A stretch of 64,000 nt of DNA from an uncultured Rhodospirillaceae bacterium (GTDB lineage: Bacteria > Pseudomonadota > Alphaproteobacteria > UBA11136): contig CAZAKR010000012.1 in NCBI GenBank assembly GCA_964486105.1, positions 4,195 through 68,194 on the forward strand, in the 5' to 3' direction. Position 1 is the stretch's first letter. Each line of letters begins with the position of its first letter. The notes under the pieces were generated by a model. The model saw only the letters and a program-made list of their open reading frames with translations, was not told the DNA's origin and searched no databases. This document shows, in pieces, positions 44,442 through 52,575 of the stretch. The position numbers and the translations under genes were made by a program.

Positions 44442-45647
44442 ATGCCTCGCACGAAAACCGGCCGCCACCATCTTTTTATCCCAGGTCCGACAAATGTTCC
44501 TGAGCCCGTACTCAATGCCTTGCACATTTCTTCGGAAGATATGCGTAGCGCTGACTTTCCCGACCTTACTCTGCCTCTGTTCAAAGACCTGAAGAAAATC
44601 TTCAAGACCACCAAGGGTAATGTTTTTGTTTTTCCCGGCTCTGGAACAGGCGCCTGGGAATCCGCCATTACCAACACCATGAATCCTGGTGAAAAGGTTC
44701 TGATTTTCCGCTTTGGCCAGTTCAGCCTTCTGTGGGCCGACATGTTCCAGCGCCTTGGCCTTGATGTCGATGTCCGCGACGTTCCCTGGGGCACCGGCAC
44801 ACCTGCTGAAAAGATCGAGAAAATCCTTAAGAAAGACAAAGACCATAAATATAAGGTCATTTGCGTCACCCAGAATGAAACCGCCACCGGCGTCTCCAGT
44901 AACGTTGCCGCCGTCCGCAAGGCGATGAACGCCGCCAAGCACCCGGCCATGCTTTTCGTCGATGGCGTCTCTTCCATCGCCAGTATTGATTTCCGGATGG
45001 ACGAGTGGGGCGTCGATTGCGCCATCTCGGGCTCGCAAAAAGGCTTCATGCTGCCTGCCGGACTGGCCATTCTCGCCGCCAGCCCGAAGGCGCTTAAAGC
45101 CCATAAAAAAGCTCAGCTGAAACGCTGCTATTATTCCTGGGAAGACATGTTGGCAACCAATGCCAGTGGTTATTTCCCCTACACACCACCGACTCCTATG
45201 CTGCGCGCATTGCGGGTATCGGTTGATATGCTTCTCGACGAAGGTCTCGAGAACGTATTTGCCCGCCACCACCGTATTGCCGAAGGCGTGCGCCGGGCTG
45301 TCAAAGACGGCTGGAAGCTCAAACTTTGCGCCAAGGGCTCAAAGTGGGAATCCGATACCGTCAGCGCGATTGTCGTTCCGAAAAATGCCGATGCACGTAA
45401 GGTAATTGCCACCGCTTATGGCAAATATAATTTGGCACTCGGAGCGGGACTTAATATTCTTGCTGGCAAGGTGTTCCGCATTGGACACCTTGGTGATCTT
45501 AATGAGCTTCAGGCAGCCGCCGCGATCACCGGTGCCGAAATGGCGATGATTGATAACGGTATTAAAGTCAAGCCTGGCAGTGGCGTCGCCGCCGCCAGTA
45601 AATATTGGTTGAAAAACATGAAGGCCCCGAAAAAGGCCAGAAAGTAG
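44442..45647 (+). CDS. sgaA: Serine-glyoxylate aminotransferase
   Basis: GRHHLFIPGPTN, RFGQFS.LW, NETATGV, SGSQKG, YFPYTP, VFRIGHLGDLNE; closely follows serine-cycle SgaA as I recall it. Confidence 0.9.
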   Translation: MPRTKTGRHHLFIPGPTNVPEPVLNALHISSEDMRSADFPDLTLPLFKDLKKIFKTTKGNVFVFPGSGTGAWESAITNTMNPGEKVLIFRFGQFSLLWADMFQRLGLDVDVRDVPWGTGTPAEKIEKILKKDKDHKYKVICVTQNETATGVSSNVAAVRKAMNAAKHPAMLFVDGVSSIASIDFRMDEWGVDCAISGSQKGFMLPAGLAILAASPKALKAHKKAQLKRCYYSWEDMLATNASGYFPYTPPTPMLRALRVSVDMLLDEGLENVFARHHRIAEGVRRAVKDGWKLKLCAKGSKWESDTVSAIVVPKNADARKVIATAYGKYNLALGAGLNILAGKVFRIGHLGDLNELQAAAAITGAEMAMIDNGIKVKPGSGVAAASKYWLKNMKAPKKARK

Positions 45648-45657
45648 TAGGCATCCA

Positions 45658-45915
45658 ATGGCGAAGAAACCGGTTAAACGCAAGACTACTGTAACCAAGA
45701 AGACGGCTGCCAAGAAGAAGCCAGCCGCCAAGAAGCGCGTGACCAAGAAGACAGCGGCGAAGAAGAAACCCGCCGCCAAAAAGAAGGTGACCAGGAAGAC
45801 GGCTGCCAAGAAGAAGCCTGCCGCCAAAAAGAAGGTGGCCAGGAAGACGGCTGCTAAGAAGAAGCCTGCCGCCAAAAAGAAGACCACCAAGAGAAAGGCG
45901 ACTAAACGGAAATGA
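45658..45915 (+). CDS. Histone H1-like Lys/Ala-rich repeat protein
   Basis: 85 aa, about 37 Lys + 6 Arg, no Asp/Glu; four 16-aa repeats V(T/A)(K/R)KTAAKKKPAAKK(K/R); differences between units are mostly synonymous. Confidence 0.8.
   Translation: MAKKPVKRKTTVTKKTAAKKKPAAKKRVTKKTAAKKKPAAKKKVTRKTAAKKKPAAKKKVARKTAAKKKPAAKKKTTKRKATKRK
45691..45882 (+). repeat. 48-bp coding tandem repeat, 4 copies
   Basis: Units start at 45691, 45739, 45787 and 45835 (GT(A/G)(A/G)CCA(A/G)GAAGAC..., ending AAGCGC or AAGAAG). Confidence 0.9.
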
Positions 45916-46973
45916 CGACAGCGCGTAAGGCTACAAAGAAAGCTCCCGCCAAGCGGAAGGTGAAAGCAAAAACAGCCGCAACCAAGAAAACTACCGTCAG
46001 ACGGGGTAAACCGACTGTTGTTGTTACCCGTAAGTGGCCCGAAGCCGTTGAAAAGGAATTAAAACGGCATTTTGACGTTCGCCTCAACAAGAGCGACAAG
46101 CCTATGTCTGTCGCCCAGTTGCAGCGGGCCTTAAGGACTGCTGACGCTCTTTTGCCAACCGTGACCGACAAGATCTCGGATGAGGTGCTTTCGGTTTCAG
46201 GTAAACGGGCGCGGATCATCGGTAACTTTGGCGTCGGCTACAACAATATCGATATCGCTGCCGCTAAAAGAGAGGGACTTGCCGTCACTAACACGCCGGA
46301 GGTTCTGACCGACTGTACTGCCGATATCGCCATGACCCTGATGCTGTCGGTTGCCCGTCGCGGCGGCGAGGGCGAACGTCATGTCCGCAACAAGAAATGG
46401 ACCGGATGGCGCCCAACCCACATGATGGGGGCCAAGGTGACCGGCAAGACCCTTGGTCTGATCGGTTTTGGCCGGATTGCCCAGGCCATGGCCCACAAGG
46501 CCCATCATGGTTTTGGCATGAAGATCGTTTTCTTTGACCCCTATCTGGCCGACAAGAAAGCCGCCAAGGCGGTTAAGGGCGTTTCCCGTTCTTCCATCGA
46601 TGCGGTTTTGAAAGAAGCGGATTTTGTTTCCCTTCACTGCCCTTCAACCCCCGAAACCCGTCGCCTCATTAATGCGACAAAACTGAAAAAGATGAAGAAG
46701 TCCGCCTTCCTCATCAATACCGCTCGGGGCGACGTTGTGGACGAAAAAGCCCTGGTCAAGGCTTTGAAAACCGGTGCAATTGCCGGTGCCGGCCTCGACG
46801 TTTTCGAAGCCGAACCAAAGGTTACAGCAGCGCTTTTGAAGATGGAGAACGCCGTTCTCTTTCCCCATCTCGGCAGCGCCACCCTTGAGACCCGCGAGGC
46901 CATGGGCTTTAGGGTTGTTGACAACATCAAGGCCTTCTTTAAAGGCAAACGGCCCAAAGACCGCGTTGCCTGA
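45912..46973 (+). CDS. Hydroxypyruvate/glyoxylate reductase (D-glycerate dehydrogenase) with histone-like N-terminal extension
   Basis: GVGYNNID, NTP.VLTD.TAD, GFGRIA, INTARG.VVDE, GLDVFE.EP, PHLGSAT. First ~32 aa are MTTARKATKKAPAKRKVKAK... Confidence 0.92.
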   Translation: MTTARKATKKAPAKRKVKAKTAATKKTTVRRGKPTVVVTRKWPEAVEKELKRHFDVRLNKSDKPMSVAQLQRALRTADALLPTVTDKISDEVLSVSGKRARIIGNFGVGYNNIDIAAAKREGLAVTNTPEVLTDCTADIAMTLMLSVARRGGEGERHVRNKKWTGWRPTHMMGAKVTGKTLGLIGFGRIAQAMAHKAHHGFGMKIVFFDPYLADKKAAKAVKGVSRSSIDAVLKEADFVSLHCPSTPETRRLINATKLKKMKKSAFLINTARGDVVDEKALVKALKTGAIAGAGLDVFEAEPKVTAALLKMENAVLFPHLGSATLETREAMGFRVVDNIKAFFKGKRPKDRVA

Positions 46974-47004
46974 TCTGCGAGGCCACACAGTGACTCTGTT
47001 TTGC

Positions 47005-47038
47005 ACCCGCTGCCGGCTCCCGGCGGCGGGTCATTTTT
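47005..47038 (+). terminator. Terminator-like hairpin between hpr and gck
   Basis: ACCCGCTGCCGG-CTC-CCGGCGGCGGGT followed by CATTTTT. Confidence 0.55.
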
Positions 47039-47078
47039 AGATAGCGTTTCACCTGCCAGAGCGAATAAAACAACAATT

Positions 47079-48455
47079 ATGACCCCAGACCAGATGACAA
47101 TCAGCCACTTGCGCGACCAGGCCAAGGCCATTTTTCAGGCCGGTGTGGATTCCGCCGACCCGGCCCGTGCCGTTGCCGGCGTTCTTTCCTGCCGCGATGG
47201 TCAGCCTGTTTTCACGCCTCATCCCCTGTCGCCGAATGAGGAAGAAAAAACCCGTAAGGGCCAGTGGGAGCGCGTTTTTATACTCTCTTTCGGCAAAGCC
47301 GCAGTCGCCATGGCCGAGGCCGCGGCAAAGATCATCCCCGACAACCTCTTCCAGGCGCCAGGCATTGTCGTCACCAATTACGAAAACGCAGATGTTTCCA
47401 TTCCCGGTTTTGAAGTTATCGCCGCCGGCCATCCCCTGCCCGATGCAAACGGCGTTAACGGCGCCGCCAGAATCGCCGAAATTGCGCGCTCGGCAACAAA
47501 GGACGATCTGGTTCTGGTGCTCGTCAGCGGTGGCGGTTCGGCCTTACTCCCCCTGCCCGCTGAGGGCTTAAGCCTTGACGACAAGATCGCCACCACAGAT
47601 CTGATGCTGGCTTGCGGCGCATCTATCAACGATATGAACTGCGTGCGTAAACATCTCTCAATGCTCAAGGGCGGTGGTCTGGCCAGCATGGCCGCACCGG
47701 CAGACCTTCATGCACTGATCCTTTCCGATGTCATCGGTGATGACCTTTCGACCATCGCCAGCGGTCCGACGGTTCCCGATATGACCACCTTCGAAGATGC
47801 GGTTGGTATCCTCAAGCAACGCGATATCTGGGAAAAAGTTCCGGCAACCGTCCGCGCTCGTTTAGAAGCCGGCATGGCGGGGGATATTCCCGATACCCCG
47901 AATGAAAAAGACCCTCTTTTCGACACCGTCAGCCATCACCTGATCGGCAGCAATACGGTCAGCGTCCACGCTCTTCTCGATGCTGCGGGCAAGGATTTCG
48001 AGGGTGAAGTGTTGAATTATCCGCTTTGCGGCGAGGCCCGCGACGCCGCGGAAACACTGGTTGATAAGGCGCTTAAATACAAACCACGAGAAGACGGCAA
48101 GCCCATTGCCATTGTCACCGGTGGCGAGACCACCGTTACCCTGAAAGGCGACGGTATGGGCGGCCGTAATCAGGAAATGGCGCTGGCCTTTGCCCTGGCG
48201 GCCGAAAAAAAGGGGCTGACCGGCAACTGGGTCTTTCTTTCCGGCGGCACCGACGGCCGCGACGGCCCCAACGACGCCGCCGGCGGAGTGGTTGATCCCG
48301 GCAGTCTCGAGCGTATGCGGGCAGAGGGGGGCGAACCGTCGGCTTTTCTCGATAATAACGATTCCTATCACGCCCTGGAGAAGGCGCAGGATTTGCTTAT
48401 GACCGGGCCAACCGGCACAAATGTCGCCGATCTTCAGATTTTTCTGCGCACTTAA
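47079..48455 (+). CDS. gck: Glycerate 2-kinase (GckA/TtuD, MOFRL domain)
   Basis: FGKAA..MA, AGHPLPD, SGGGSAL, SDV.GD.L..IASGPT, GGETTV, GGRNQE, GTDG.DG, TGTNV.D. Confidence 0.93.
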   Translation: MTPDQMTISHLRDQAKAIFQAGVDSADPARAVAGVLSCRDGQPVFTPHPLSPNEEEKTRKGQWERVFILSFGKAAVAMAEAAAKIIPDNLFQAPGIVVTNYENADVSIPGFEVIAAGHPLPDANGVNGAARIAEIARSATKDDLVLVLVSGGGSALLPLPAEGLSLDDKIATTDLMLACGASINDMNCVRKHLSMLKGGGLASMAAPADLHALILSDVIGDDLSTIASGPTVPDMTTFEDAVGILKQRDIWEKVPATVRARLEAGMAGDIPDTPNEKDPLFDTVSHHLIGSNTVSVHALLDAAGKDFEGEVLNYPLCGEARDAAETLVDKALKYKPREDGKPIAIVTGGETTVTLKGDGMGGRNQEMALAFALAAEKKGLTGNWVFLSGGTDGRDGPNDAAGGVVDPGSLERMRAEGGEPSAFLDNNDSYHALEKAQDLLMTGPTGTNVADLQIFLRT

Positions 48456-48596
48456 AAATAGCGCGAACAGAAACATCAATTAAAAAAACTGCACATTCAT
48501 GATATTGTTAGCTTAATTTTAGAGGTTAAAAACAATAAGATGTCTGGAGACAATGTTTCTTTAGGTTAACTTTCTTTTCGTGAAAGTGTAGATCGA

Positions 48597-48713
48597 ATGC
48601 TCGTAATTGTTGGTTCCATCGTTGTTATTATCTGCGTTTTCGGCGGCTATATGGGCGGCGGCGGATGTAATATCCCAGGAAAACGAAGACACGGCGAGCG
48701 AGGACACCCCTGA
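48597..48713 (+). pseudogene. motA: Truncated motA-like 5' fragment (flagellar stator)
   Basis: Not in the ORF track. Reads MLVIVGSIVVIICVFGGYMGGGG, matching MotA TM1 (..G.IVV..CVFGGY...GG); similarity stops after about codon 23 and TGA follows at 48711-48713. Confidence 0.6.
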
Positions 48714-48864
48714 TGGTGAAACGCTTGATGGTGAAACGCCTGATGGTGAAGTTCCTGATGCCGTTATCCCCGATGACGGGCAAGTCGATACCCTGCCCCC
48801 CGAGCCTTCGGCGGAACCCGAGATAAATCCCATCGCCCCCCTTGAACCGGAGACTTCGCCATGA
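48661..48864 (+). pseudogene. Orphan acidic Pro-rich 3' gene end, possibly the tail of a deleted motB
   Basis: Frame reads ADVISQENEDTASEDTPDGETLDGETPDGEVPD...PETSP*. Its stop overlaps the RDD start (ATGA), but it has no convincing start or RBS. Confidence 0.4.
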
Positions 48865-49385
48865 CCCAGACCACCGAGGTTATCCCGGTTCCAGCGACCC
48901 CGTGGCAGGGTGAACCACCCGACCCCCTCACCCATCCCGATCTCTATCGGGGCGTCATGATGCGCCGGGTGTTTGCCTATCTCGTCGATATCATCGCCAT
49001 CGCGCTGATCGCCTTTCTCACCGGCGGCATCTTCATCATCGCCGGGATCGTGACCCTGGGCCTGCTCGCCCCCCTGCTGTGGCCGATTTATGTGCTTATA
49101 CCCTTCGCCTATAACATGATCCTTATCGGCGGCGGCAGATCGGCGACCCTGGGCATGCGGCTGTTCGAGATCGAAGTGCGGAATCTCAACGACGGCAGCC
49201 GCCCCTATTACATTCAGGCGGGACTGATGACGGCGCTTTTCTATGTTTCAGTCGCCTTTACGAGCTGGCTTATCCTGCTTCTCGCCCTGTTCAACTCCCG
49301 CCATCGCACCTTGCATGATTTCTTTTCCACCACCCTTGTCGTGCGCAGTCAATCGATGGGGGAGATGGAAAACAAGACAAGCTGA
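48861..49385 (+). CDS. RDD family membrane protein
   Basis: RRVFAYLVD, SATLGMR, RTLHDF.S.T.VVR. Confidence 0.92.
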   Translation: MTQTTEVIPVPATPWQGEPPDPLTHPDLYRGVMMRRVFAYLVDIIAIALIAFLTGGIFIIAGIVTLGLLAPLLWPIYVLIPFAYNMILIGGGRSATLGMRLFEIEVRNLNDGSRPYYIQAGLMTALFYVSVAFTSWLILLLALFNSRHRTLHDFFSTTLVVRSQSMGEMENKTS

Positions 49386-49404
49386 CCGCCACAGGGTCAC
49401 TGCC

Positions 49405-50133
49405 ATGAACCGCCCGCCGATCACCCTCGATAAGCCTTTTTACCGCAGCGTCCCCCTGCCCTGCCCCTATCTCGATAATCAAACCGAACAGCGCATTTTC
49501 ACCTTTATCGACGAGAATGATTCCCCGCTGCTGGTCGATCTTTTGTCACGCTCGGGATTCAGGCGCAGCCAGAACACTATTTACCGCCCTCAATGCGAGG
49601 GCTGTTCGGCCTGTGTGCCGGTGCGTGTGAGAGTGGATGATCTCATCCCCCGTTCGAGCCTAAAGCGCATCAAAAATGCCAATAGCGACCTTACCGTCAC
49701 CCTTGTCGAAGCCAAAGCGGGAGAAGAAAATTACGCCCTTTTCTCGGCCTATGTCCGCTCCCGCCACGGTGACGGGGATATGGCGTTGATGGATTTCGGC
49801 GAATTCCAGGAGATGATTGAAATTTCCCCCGTCACGACCCGGCTGGCCGAATTCCGTGATCTTGAATACAACCTCGTCGGCGCCTGCCTGCTCGATATAA
49901 TGAGCGACGGCCTGTCTGCCGTTTACAGTTTCTTCGACCCTGAAGAGAGCCGCCGGGGACTGGGCAATTACATGATTATATGGCTGATCGAGGAAGCCCG
50001 CAGAATGGCGCTTTCCTTTGCTTATCTCGGTTACTGGATCGAAAATTGCCAAAAGATGTCCTACAAGACCCGTTTTGCTCCCCAGGAGCACCTGGTCGAG
50101 GGCCAATGGCGGCTCTGGAACGACCATAAATAG
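49405..50133 (+). CDS. bpt: Aspartate/glutamate leucyltransferase (ATE-like)
   Basis: PCPYL, GFRRSQ...YRP.C..C.ACVPVR, DGLSAVYSFFDP, YLGYWI....KM.YK. Confidence 0.95.
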   Translation: MNRPPITLDKPFYRSVPLPCPYLDNQTEQRIFTFIDENDSPLLVDLLSRSGFRRSQNTIYRPQCEGCSACVPVRVRVDDLIPRSSLKRIKNANSDLTVTLVEAKAGEENYALFSAYVRSRHGDGDMALMDFGEFQEMIEISPVTTRLAEFRDLEYNLVGACLLDIMSDGLSAVYSFFDPEESRRGLGNYMIIWLIEEARRMALSFAYLGYWIENCQKMSYKTRFAPQEHLVEGQWRLWNDHK

Positions 50134-50185
50134 CGCCCCTTGCCACTTTCCATCGGCGCTAAATAACGGCACAATCGGCCCCGTC

Positions 50186-50398
50186 ATGACAGTAAAAGCC
50201 CATATTCTGAATTTCTGGAACGGTATGCGCCATCTGACCGGCGAGGATGCCTATGAGCGCTATCTGGCCCATTGGCAGGCCGAACACGGGGATAAGAGTG
50301 CAAACGGGGATGCGGAGGCGGCTACACCCCTCGACCGCAAGGCTTTTTTCCAGCGTCACCAGGATGAGAAATGGCAAAAGATCAACCGCTGCTGCTGA
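50186..50398 (+). CDS. YbdD/YjiX family CstA-associated small protein
   Basis: L.G..AYERYLAH...H, FF, C-terminal RCC; adjacent to cstA. Confidence 0.88.
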   Translation: MTVKAHILNFWNGMRHLTGEDAYERYLAHWQAEHGDKSANGDAEAATPLDRKAFFQRHQDEKWQKINRCC

Positions 50399-50437
50399 GG
50401 TTCCGGCACCCGGCCTGAAAGACCTTAAGGGGGAAGA

Positions 50438-52546
50438 ATGAACGCCATCAATAATCTGCTCCAGGGCGGCACGAAAACCGTTCTGTGGATCGCCGTCGCA
50501 GTTCTCGGCGCGTCGGCGCTGGGCGGAATCGCCCTTAACCGCGGCGAGAGCATCAATGCCGGCTGGTTCGTTGTCGCCGCCATCTGCGTCTATGCCCTGG
50601 GCTATCGCTTTTATTCCGCCTTTATCGCCGCCAAGGTATTGGCCCTGGATGAAACCCGCGCCACCCCCGCCGAGCGTCTGGAGAACGGCCGCGATTTCAT
50701 CCCGACCAATAAGTGGATCGTCTTCGGCCATCATTTCGCCGCCATATCCGGCCCCGGCCCGCTGATCGGCCCGACATTGGCCGCCCAGTTCGGTTATCTG
50801 CCCGGCACCATCTGGATTCTGGTCGGGGCGGTGATCGGCGGCTGCGTCCAGGATTTCGTCATCCTGTTCTTTTCCATGCGCCGCAACGGCCGCTCCCTGG
50901 GCCAGATGGCCCGGGATGAACTCGGCCCCATCGGCGGCATCACGGCGCTTATCGGCGTCATGATGATCATGATTATCCTGATCGCCGTTTTAGGGCTGGT
51001 GGTCGTCAACGCCATGAAGCACAGCCCCTGGGCGACGGCGACGGTGGGGGCAACCATCCCCATCGCCATCCTGATCGGCCTCTATATGCGTAATATCCGC
51101 CCCGGACGGGTGATGGAGGCGACCCTGATCGGTGTCGCCCTGCTGATCCTCGGCGTTTTGGGGGGCGGCTGGATCGACCACCATCCCGAACTGCGCCAGT
51201 GGTTTGATTTCGGCCCCCAGGAACTGGCGATGATGGTCATCATCTATGGCTTTGCCGCCGCCACCATGCCGGTCTGGCTGTTGCTGGCGCCCCGGGACTA
51301 TCTCTCCACCTTTATGAAGCTCGGCACGATTTTCGCGCTCGCCATCTGTATCGTCATCCTCAACCCGGAAGTAAAGATGCCCGCCGTCACCCAGTTCATC
51401 GACGGCACGGGCCCGATCTTCGGCGGCAAGCTTTTCCCCTTCGTCTTTATCACCATAGCCTGCGGCGCAATTTCGGGTTTTCATTCCCTGATTTCTTCCG
51501 GTACGACGCCGAAACTTTTGATGAACGAGAAAGACGCCCGCTTTATCGGCTATGGCAGCATGATGCTTGAATCCTTTGTCGCCATCATGGCGATGATCGC
51601 CGCCACGGTGTTGGAGCCTGGTATTTTCTTCGCCATCAATTCCCCCGCCGGGATCGTCGGTATGGACCCGGCCCAGGCCGTCGCCACCATCTCATCCTGG
51701 GGCTTTCCGGTGTCATTGGCCGATATGGAAACCCTGGCCAGCAAGGTTGGCGAGACGACATTGTTCGCGCGGACCGGCGGCGCGCCCTCTCTCGCCGTCG
51801 GCATGGCGACCCTGTTCGCCGGCGCCACGTCGGACGCCATGATTGCTGTCTGGTACCACTTTGCGATCATGTTCGAAGCCCTGTTTATTCTCACCACGCT
51901 GGATGCCGGAACCCGGGTCGGGCGCTTTATGCTTCAGGATTTGCTCGGCAATGTGGTTCCCAAGCTCGGTGAAACCAGCTGGTATCCCGGGGTGCTGTTG
52001 ACCAGCTCGATCGTCGTCGGGGCGTGGGGCTATTTCCTCTATGCCGGAACCCTTGATCCCCTTGGCGGTATCAACTCTCTGTGGCCGCTGTTTGGCATAT
52101 CGAACCAGATGCTGGCCGCCATTGCGCTGTGCGTCGCCACCACCATCATCGTTAAATCCGGCAAGCTAAGATATGTCTGGGTGACCGGCATACCGCTTTC
52201 CTGGCTCCTCATCGTCACCAGCTGGGCGGCGCTGGAGAAACTGTTCTCTCCCGAACTGCGGGTCGGCTTTCTAGCCCGGGCCAATGATCTGTCCGGGAAA
52301 CTCGATGCCGGTGCGCTTTCCGGCAAGGCGCTCGAAAGCGCCCCGCAACTCATCTTCAACGCTCATCTGAACGCCGCCCTGACCGTCTTTTTCCTGGTGA
52401 TTATCTGGGTGATGGTCGCCGATACCCTGCGCGTCTGTTACAAGGTGACGACCGGGCGGCCCTATCCGCCTTCAAGCGAAACCAACTATGAGGAACGGGA
52501 AACCGGCCCCGATCTGGCGCCGATCCCCGAACCGGCCCAGCTTTAA
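50438..52546 (+). CDS. cstA: Carbon starvation protein A family transporter (CstA/BtsT-like)
   Basis: FGHHFAAISGPGPL.GP, LLAPRDYLSTF, IACGAISGFH, RTGGAP.LAVGM, LWPLFGISNQ. Confidence 0.96.
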   Translation: MNAINNLLQGGTKTVLWIAVAVLGASALGGIALNRGESINAGWFVVAAICVYALGYRFYSAFIAAKVLALDETRATPAERLENGRDFIPTNKWIVFGHHFAAISGPGPLIGPTLAAQFGYLPGTIWILVGAVIGGCVQDFVILFFSMRRNGRSLGQMARDELGPIGGITALIGVMMIMIILIAVLGLVVVNAMKHSPWATATVGATIPIAILIGLYMRNIRPGRVMEATLIGVALLILGVLGGGWIDHHPELRQWFDFGPQELAMMVIIYGFAAATMPVWLLLAPRDYLSTFMKLGTIFALAICIVILNPEVKMPAVTQFIDGTGPIFGGKLFPFVFITIACGAISGFHSLISSGTTPKLLMNEKDARFIGYGSMMLESFVAIMAMIAATVLEPGIFFAINSPAGIVGMDPAQAVATISSWGFPVSLADMETLASKVGETTLFARTGGAPSLAVGMATLFAGATSDAMIAVWYHFAIMFEALFILTTLDAGTRVGRFMLQDLLGNVVPKLGETSWYPGVLLTSSIVVGAWGYFLYAGTLDPLGGINSLWPLFGISNQMLAAIALCVATTIIVKSGKLRYVWVTGIPLSWLLIVTSWAALEKLFSPELRVGFLARANDLSGKLDAGALSGKALESAPQLIFNAHLNAALTVFFLVIIWVMVADTLRVCYKVTTGRPYPPSSETNYEERETGPDLAPIPEPAQL

Positions 52547-52575
52547 AAAGCCTTCGCCTTGAGCGGCGTCAGGCC

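Noticed and set aside
45691-45882. Repeat array considered as CRISPR
   Set aside because: Units are head-to-tail with no spacers, in frame and coding; no cas genes are present.
45339-45890. Minus-strand ORF with repeated FFLAAGFFLAAVFL, resembling a membrane protein
   Set aside because: It is the reverse complement of the Lys/Ala repeat gene; the synonymous pattern and operon context favour the + strand.
50390-50430. Selenocysteine read-through at the TGA of the YbdD/YjiX gene
   Set aside because: Both terminal cysteines are already TGC TGC, so TGA sits at the normal family end; no convincing SECIS hairpin follows.
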